A stretch of 64,000 nt of DNA from assembly GCA_044892525.1 (NCBI GenBank), contig CM097886.1, positions 1,488,001 to 1,552,000 of the forward strand, written 5' to 3'. The notes below the pieces were generated by a model. That model saw nothing but the letters and a program-made list of their open reading frames with translations, ran no database searches and was not told the origin of the DNA. Of this stretch, positions 37,301-46,300 are shown in pieces; the stretch's first letter is position 1; the number at the start of each line of letters is the position of its first letter. The DNA comes from Schmidtea polychroa. Its lineage: Eukaryota. The position numbers and the translations under genes were made by a program.

Positions 37301-40300
37301 CAATGCTTCAATTTCAAAATATCCCACAGGTTAGCTCTTGAATAATTGTGCATAAGTCTTTTATTCTTATTACTATTGTATAGAATATATAGCAACACAA
37401 TAGGTTGTTGAAAGGATTTCAATAGGTTTATAAATGAATAGGTTTACAAATACAAGGAAAAATACTTGAAATCGTTATTGAGATTTTGATCGAAATTGCC
37501 GCACAATCCACAAACTTGATTCTGATATTCTGGTGGTAAAACAATCTCTATTGACAGACCTTTATCCCAATAAAGAATGATGTCACTGTCAGTGAAGATA
37601 ATCAACTGGCTGACTAGATCTCTGAAAGATATTCGTCCTTTAACTCTATCTTTCGGGTAGTTCTCATTTTCTATCAGTTTTGGGCTTACTCCTCTGATCA
37701 GTTGCACCACCTGGTTCCGATAATAGAAAAAGATTGATTTCGTGCAAGATGTTCCTTTGTTGCCACATTCAATATTTTCAGTTACCAATTTGAAAAATCC
37801 AATTCCTTTCGCACAATCATTATCAACCATTACATAGGAGCATTTAGAAACAAAATCGAAATATTTCCCATCAAATGTTTTATAATGAGCATCACCCCAA
37901 GATTTGCAACTACCGACGCATTTTTGTTCTTGCTCACATCCCCATTTGCCTTCATTACATGTGCTGAATAATTAAACGTATTTTCTTTCCAATGAATAGC
38001 TAGAACAATTTACCATTTAGATAAACAATTAGTAGGACCGGTGTAAATGACAGATTGATTTAGATAACTTTTATCGGACCACAAACAAGGACATTTATGT
38101 TTCGGGACACAAGTTTTATTGCTAAGCAAATAACCATCTGGACAGAAACAGCCAGATTTACAGCCTTTTTCCAAGCAAAATCCGTCTTGATTTTCACATG
38201 TTTGATCACAATGGCCACATTCTTTCCATTCCTTTCCGGGTGGACAAAATGTCACATCTAAATATTAGAAACAAGTCCACAGAGTCAAAAAGTAAAAAAT
38301 TGATTAAAGCATTGAAACCATTCGAAAAATATACATGGATATTTGTAGACTATTGAAAGAAACTTTTACTAGGGAAAACTGTATTTACATTAAAAGAAAG
38401 ATAATTCTCTATCACTAATAAGTACAACTATAGATATTGAAATTTAGCTTACCAAAAGAAACATATACCATAAAAGAATTGGTAAAAACGGAATGAAATG
38501 AGTTAATATTATCAAATCAGTACTTTTTCTAATTTTTATATTCATCTGCTCGATGCAATCATAATGCTCCATGGTGATCCTTAACTTGTGCCAAACTCTT
38601 TTCTAGCTTCTCTGGCATTATCGCAGCATTGAAATTTAATAATATTAATCAAAATCAGTGGCGGATTTAGATTTTGGTGCGTGAGGGGCAAGGAAAATTT
38701 TCAGGGGGCGCCACAAATTATGAAGATGGTACTACTTATTTTCGCGAGTATTGAGTGAATACTATTATTATTAAAAAGCATTATATTCAGTAAATTTATT
38801 CTAGTAAATTTATTGATGTAACAAACATACAAGTTTATTTATTATTTAAATTGCTTCCTGCGTGATTTCATTGAAACAAAACGATTTATAGTCGATTCAA
38901 AGTCAATGTTCTCAGCCAGTTCGCGTTCTATTGAAATTAATACTAATCCAGACAGACGTTCGTTTGTCATTGTTGATCGCAAATAATTTTTGATGATTTT
39001 CAGTCTACTGAAACTTCTTTCGGCAGTAACAGATGTAACAGGAAGAGTCAAGTATATTTTATAGAGAATTGCCAAATTGGGAAGCCTGGCGCCATCTGTT
39101 TTTCAATCAAGAAAGGCAGCACCTCTTTAAGTTGTAGTTCACAAGATAGTAATAGGTGTATTGATGCATACACATATTTGATGTATCATATTCTAGGATT
39201 GCTTCTTCAATATTAATATCATTTTTGTAAATGTCGCAAAAATTTTGAAAAGATTCTGATATTTGTGATGGATATTTGTGATGGATCAAGACAGGAGAAT
39301 AAAGCAACAGTGTTATGAAAATCATTAAAACCTTCATCTAGTAGTGTTACAAGTGTATCCAAGACAGTGAAATACGTTTCACATTTGAAGCGTGTAGTTC
39401 GATCATCAACCCTTTCATCTCTGTTAAGTTCACCTGCCATGCGTTTCCTTTTTGCAACTCGCTTTTCTTTAAATTCTGTTTCAACATCTAGTAAGGAACA
39501 ATTTTTGATAATAAATGATTTTACAGCAACATTTAGACTTTCAAAAGCTTTATCACTTCTCATATCAGCAAACTTCTTTCTGGCAACATAAATCAATTGT
39601 TTTGCAAACACAATTTTAAACAATTATATGATAATTTAAGCCTTTTGCAGCGAATAAAATCAATAACCCTTGACAAGGACTACCTTATAGTTGAAAATTT
39701 TTTCATTTGAATTAAATTATTTAATTCAAATGAAAAAATTTTCAACTATAAGGTAGTCCTTGTCAAGGGTTATTGATTTTATTCGCTGCAAAAGGCTTAA
39801 ATTATCATTTAATATCAATCAAAATATTATATTAAAATGCTGAAGTTTCAGAGTTATCATAAGATATGATAATTTAGAATATTAATAATAATTAATAATA
39901 ATTAAGAAAAATTAAGAATTACAACGTAATTGTACATTAGCTATCTGTAAAAAATATCTTACTTGAACAATCATTCTTTGTACAGGACCACACGCCGTTG
40001 GTACAGTTGCAGTCGTTGCATTTCTCTTTTCTCGAGCTTCCAGATGGATAATATGTATTCTCATGCAAGCATTGGCATTGTGAAATGTTGACGCATTGAT
40101 TTATCCCAGTGTCATATACCATATTCTGAATTATTTACTCATTAATTTCCAGATTAGCAATATATATATAATCTTATACTTCTTTGCATTGACATCCGTC
40201 GATGCATTCTGTAGCGCAATTTGTTTGTGTTAAAGAGAAACAACTAACAGAACAGAGGTTTTTGCATTCCATGTATTCCATTCCATTAGGACATTTTGGG

Positions 40301-43300
40301 TCTATGTTTATAAAAAGAAAATCATATTGTTTTGATGTCTAAACCAATCGATTTACCGCATAAAGAACTAGATCTCCACTTGAGAGTTAAGCCATTTTTC
40401 ATGCAAGCTCTTGCGTACGATGCCATAGATTCACAGGCACAGTTGTCTCGTTCGTTTCCACCGCATAGGCATATGTCGTGTTCACATTGTTGAATGAATG
40501 GGTTAGGATCAACTGACATGTGGCACGAATTGAAGGGTTCTAATTAACGGTGGGCTAATATTGATTTTATTAATTCACTCAATCACCATATAATAATCTC
40601 TGACAGAATTCTTTTGCAAATTTTTCGTATTCATAACTCTTGGCACATACTCCCAAATAATTTAATGATAAGGTGCTTTTGCATTCCGCTGTTGCCCATG
40701 ACACTGCTAACTCATTGTCATTGGTAGTTAGTTCTCCGCTGGATTTCGTAGCATCATCTTCAGAATTTCCGTTGTAATTTCCACACAAACCTTGAACCTA
40801 GGTAATTTAAACTTTGCATTCCTTTCAAGTTAAAAACTGCCGGCAGAACGATAAAAATTGAAATAAGATTATTGTATTTTCAGTTTTTCACGTAATTATC
40901 GATATTTAACAATAACCAATTCTTTATATGATATGGATGGGATAACTTAATAGGGTTCAGTGTCTTAAGTTTAAACAGGATTTAATCGCAAAATGTTGCG
41001 CGTGTTACTGGTAATATCAACAGTATCGACACATTTAAACATCCAACTGATATAATTTTGCAATAATTATGTCCACGATTACAATAAAAGGTTTTTCTTA
41101 TAATACGCATACATATATATATTTCAGTGGTTTTCGGCCATGTGGAATAGTTTACAAAATATTAATAATTTTAATTTTACCTTTAAAAGTTGGAGCTTAT
41201 TAAATATCTAAGAACTTATTTAATGTCCAATAATGTGCATTTATTTTATAGAAATGTTTTGAAAAGTGCTTGTGTGTATGAATTTATTTTTCTTCTCTCA
41301 ATGATTTTTTCTATTTGCCGATAGCAGCTGTACTCAACCTTTTCAGATCATTAGAACTCTATAATCAACAAATTATACAGATTGCCTTAATTTAAAAAAA
41401 AAGCTTTAAGTTGCCTAATGTAACAAGTTTAGGCATCCGTTTTCAGTGGAAATTCATATAATGTCCACTTTTATATATTTAGACTAGAGCAAATAGTCTC
41501 ATAAAAGCCGAATTTTCAAGATAATTGGTCTTTTTGAATGTATAGAATGTTTCTGGAGCCCCTCAAAAGATTACGGAACTACAGTTGAAGCACCTTGATC
41601 TATAATATTTGCGCTCATTTAATGTTACTCTTGTCAGTGACACGCATACGCACCCATTTATAATTGGTTAGTTTTATTTATATTATTGAAACTCTAAATT
41701 AATGTCATCTAAACTCTAATCAATGGCGCTTTGGTAGACCAAAGAAATTATATTCGATCGATAGAAATTTATTCTGAAAATTTTTTGTGGAATTTAAAAT
41801 CGATATTTATTTAGATTTTGGTATTTTGGAATTAAATAAAGATTTATTTGGAATATTTATTTTTTTCACCTAGGGAACTTGACATAATTTCAAATTGTAT
41901 TTGAAAAGAAAGAACTGTTATTCCTTTCCTGTTATCCAGATCAGTGATATTGAGACTTGGACATAAGATTTAAAAAATACATAAATTCTAATTATGAAGA
42001 AGGAAATAAAAAATTAAAAAATTAAGATTTGTTGGTGTACAGTGTGATTGGATTCCACTGGGATGTTCCTGGAAAAGTCGAGAAATTTATCAAAACAGTA
42101 AATTTATTATATAATTTCTGAGAAAATTCTACTTAACTATTTCGAATTAACTTTTAAAATCTACTCGACACAATCGCGTCGTTTTGCAAAAACAAAGATG
42201 ATTAAATGAAAATTAGAAAGAGAAAATATAAACTCAATGCTTACTTGGTCCTGATAGAATTCCGGAAGTGTTATTTCTATTTGCGTTTTTTGATGCCATA
42301 AAATGCGGATTCCATTATATGATTCGATAAGGACAGTGTCGTGAGCAACTTCATGGATTGTAATTGGTAAGGGATCATTGATATGCAGAGGCAATTTATT
42401 CGGGATTTTGTTGACAAGAATATCTTTGGTTGTTACTAATCNNNNNNNNNNNNNNNNNNNNNNNNNNNNNNNNNNNNNNNNNNNNNNNNNNNNNNNNNNN
42501 NNNNNNNNNNNNNNNNNNNNNNNNNNNNNNNNNNNNNNNNNNNNNNNNNNNNNNNNNNNNNNNNNNNNNNNNNNNNNNNNNNNNNNNNNNNNNNNNNNNN
42601 NNNNNNNNNNNNNNNNNNNNNNNNNNNNNNNNNNNNNNNNNNNNNNNCTGTATAAAGGTATTTTTGTCAGTGTCTCCAAATTGTAATGATAGCGATTTTG
42701 TACAGTAAGCATCGCTCGATTTCATGCAATGAGTATTTTGCACCCATATTTTCAAAACTTTGTTCCCAGTGATCGACGGCTTGGTAGTTACCATTGTATA
42801 GAAACAGCTACCTTCAACATAGATATGGCGTTTGTCGAATGTTGTATAATGTGGATCTCCGCTGATGACGCATGTTCCACTACACCCATTGATTTTAGTG
42901 CAGTTAAACACTCCGCCTTTCGAGCATTCACTAAAGTTATTTTGTGATATATTGACATGAAATATATTTTCAGTAATTAAAATTTTATTACAACAGATAA
43001 AAAATGTATAAACCTATTTTTAATACTCTATAAAACTATTTATTCGAAGAAAACGAATTCGTTATAAAAAATGTTAATATTTGGAAAAGTCCAATTATCA
43101 ATTGAAATTTATTTTTTTCATGATCATAATTGTTATTATCTTGATATAAATGTAGGTGAGAACGAAAAAGTATACCGCATTGCAAAACCTCCATTAAATA
43201 TACATATGATGTAATCGAACAGAATAAAAATAATACAAAAAACGATATCCATTCACTCTCCAAATACCCTCTGACACGGCCAGCTTTACAAGCTATCATT

Positions 43301-46300
43301 TATTGATTTATCTGTGTGATATAACGATTGCTAATAATAAAATTTACCATATTTCACAATCTCTCTTGAATGACATTCCTTGATGATAGACGACCATACT
43401 GTTACCATTCTTTCTGATACATGGACACTGAGGTTTCGGCACACAATATGTTCCATTCCAAAATCGATCTGAAATGATATTTAACCCCTTAGCAATTTGG
43501 TCATTTATATAATTACACACCCTTCGGACAAAAACATCCGGCTGTGCAGAATGATTTGCAATTTTCATCGGTAATTAGATCTTCACAGTTCTGAGAACAA
43601 CTATTTCCACACTCTGAATATTCTTTATTGGCAGGGCATTCGCGAGGAGCTACAAAAACGAGAAATATTGCATAATTTAGTTAACTAAAATTTACCACAG
43701 AGCTGGCTTCTCCAGTTGATCAATTTTCCGTACAACGTGCACTGGTACGATTTGTAGCTGCCCATGCTGCATGCAATGTTGGCACAGACACTTATATTCT
43801 GCCCGGAATTCAAGCAGTGGCACAATTCACTGCGGCATATCGATTGATAGGGAGTAACCGCTGGAATGGAACATTGGGATAGGTCTCCACCAAATACATC
43901 CTGGCACATGTTGTTAGCCTTAATGGGAGAGGATTATTGAAAAATAGCGGAGGATTCAAAAATTTACTGTTGTTACTAAATCGTTATTCAACCCAGTGCA
44001 TAAATCGCGACCATTAGTATAATATACGTTGGGATCAATCGGATCGGGATTTTTCCAGTATTTCATGAATTCTGTCACATTTTCAATAGATTCTCCGTTG
44101 ATGTTTTTAAATTCTGAACTAATTGAACTGTTTCCATCGAAGTATCCACAAAGACCACAAACGCCATTCTTCATTGTTGATGGTGCAAAAATGAAAACGT
44201 TCCTTTTTCCGTCATACAAAATCTCTAGCTCTACATGACAATGTGATATATAATTTTGTTTTTTTAGTTCATTAAGATTAATATTAACAATATTTTAAAT
44301 ATTCCGCAAAAAACAAAAAAATAATAATATTGTATACTTGGCTTGGTTTATACTCCTCATTTGTCACTATTCTATCAAAATGTATTGAATTTTTTCCAGG
44401 GATATTTGGCTTGGTTTATACTCCTCACTACTCTAATGAAGTATAATTATTATATAAGAGGTCAAAGGTCAATTATTGTGTAAGGGGTCAAAAGTTAATT
44501 ATTATTTAAGAGGTCAATTATTGCGTAAGGGGGTCAATTATGACGTAAACCTAAAAAATCAATCGTTACATAATCAAAAATAAAATTACGTCATTTTACG
44601 TATGATTATGTAACTTTACAAAATTATGTAATACCACATCCCCTAGGGTACCAATACAAATATTATGTACTATTGTATATTTGGCTTGGTTTATACTCCT
44701 CACTTGTCACTACTTGTCACTTCAGAATATATTATTAAATATATTATTTCACTCGAAAAATTTTTACAATAAAACTATTTTATTTAATAAAAATGAATTT
44801 ATTATTCGTGGGAACTGCCTTATTAATATGCACCAACGAACAATTTCACATTAAAAGTAGCTTCAAAAGTATGGACAGGAATTGTATGGAAAGGATAATT
44901 TTTGAATAAATAGTAAATAAATTTTTGATAAAATAAATTAATCAGGAAATTATACTATTAATTCTAAATATTATTTGAAATATTGGGATTGAATTTCTTC
45001 CAATCGCATTTATTTCTCAATAAATTAAAATAATAAAAATAAATAAATATAAAATTAATAAAATAATAATAAGTAAAATTGAATATAATAAACATTGACA
45101 TATATTTACTGATTCATAGTCAAGTTTTTTAATAAATACAAAGTAAAATTAAATAAAAAAATAATAAATTAAAATTATAAAATATTAAATTAGTTATAAA
45201 AACTAAATTAAATTAAATGATAAATAAAAATAATAAAATATTAAAATAATAATAATAAAATTTTAATTAAATAAAACAATAATAAGTTAAAATTATTCAA
45301 TAATTATTAATAATAAAATAAAATAATAATTCTATTAAATATAATTAATTAAANNNNNNNNNNNNNNNNNNNNNNNNNNNNNNNNNNNNNNNNNNNNNNN
45401 NNNNNNNNNNNNNNNNNNNNNNNNNNNNNNNNNNNNNNNNNNNNNNNNNNNNNNNNNNNNNNNNNNNNNNNNNNNNNNNNNNNNNNNNNNNNNNNNNNNN
45501 NNNNNNNNNNNNNNNNNNNNNNNNNNNNNNNNNNNNTTTTATCAAAGTTTAAATTTAAAAATTATTTATTTAAAAAATTTTAATTAGTTAATTAATACCT
45601 CCGATTCCTTTAATTTGATTGAAATCCCCAATATTTTTATGTTGAATTGAACTGATATAATTCCTGTTAGAACTACCAGAAGAATTAGATAATCCCAGAA
45701 ATGTGACCGATTCGGATGCAGTTTCAATCTATAAAGAACACTTTGAGAATGTATATGAATAAAATGTTACCATCAATGAAGTGTCACAATTGACAAAATC
45801 TTTGGTCGGACAATTGTAACTACTGTTGAAGAAAATTCGATAGCTCGGTTTTCGACTTAAACAGTCAATGACGAGTATGTTTGAACCTCTCAGTGGGTTT
45901 TCTATTGAGACTCCATCGAATGTCGTAACGTAGCTCCCACCCATTATCGAACATAATTTATAGTCTTTGTATTTGGTGTTTATTACATCTAAATGTTCAG
46001 TTGTTTCCCTTTATGAAAATATATATATTAAATTCCACCTGATATTTTAAGATTAGAAGTGTTGGGTTCCCTGAAAAAAGTTTCGCAATTTCTTCCTCGA
46101 AAATTCTCGGGACACTGGCAGACATTTGGTTCAACACAAATGCCAGTTCCGCAACCATACCGACAAAATGCTATTATAAACAATGAAAATGATCTGAATT
46201 TTTTGTTATAAATAACATAACTAACCTCTATCACATCTTTCACCTTCATAACCCGAATCACAGATGCAGTCGCCATTTTTACACTTTCCTCTAATGCAGC

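Noticed and set aside
45000-45353. Extremely A/T-rich low-complexity tract before an N-gap
   Set aside because: No periodicity or structure beyond base composition.
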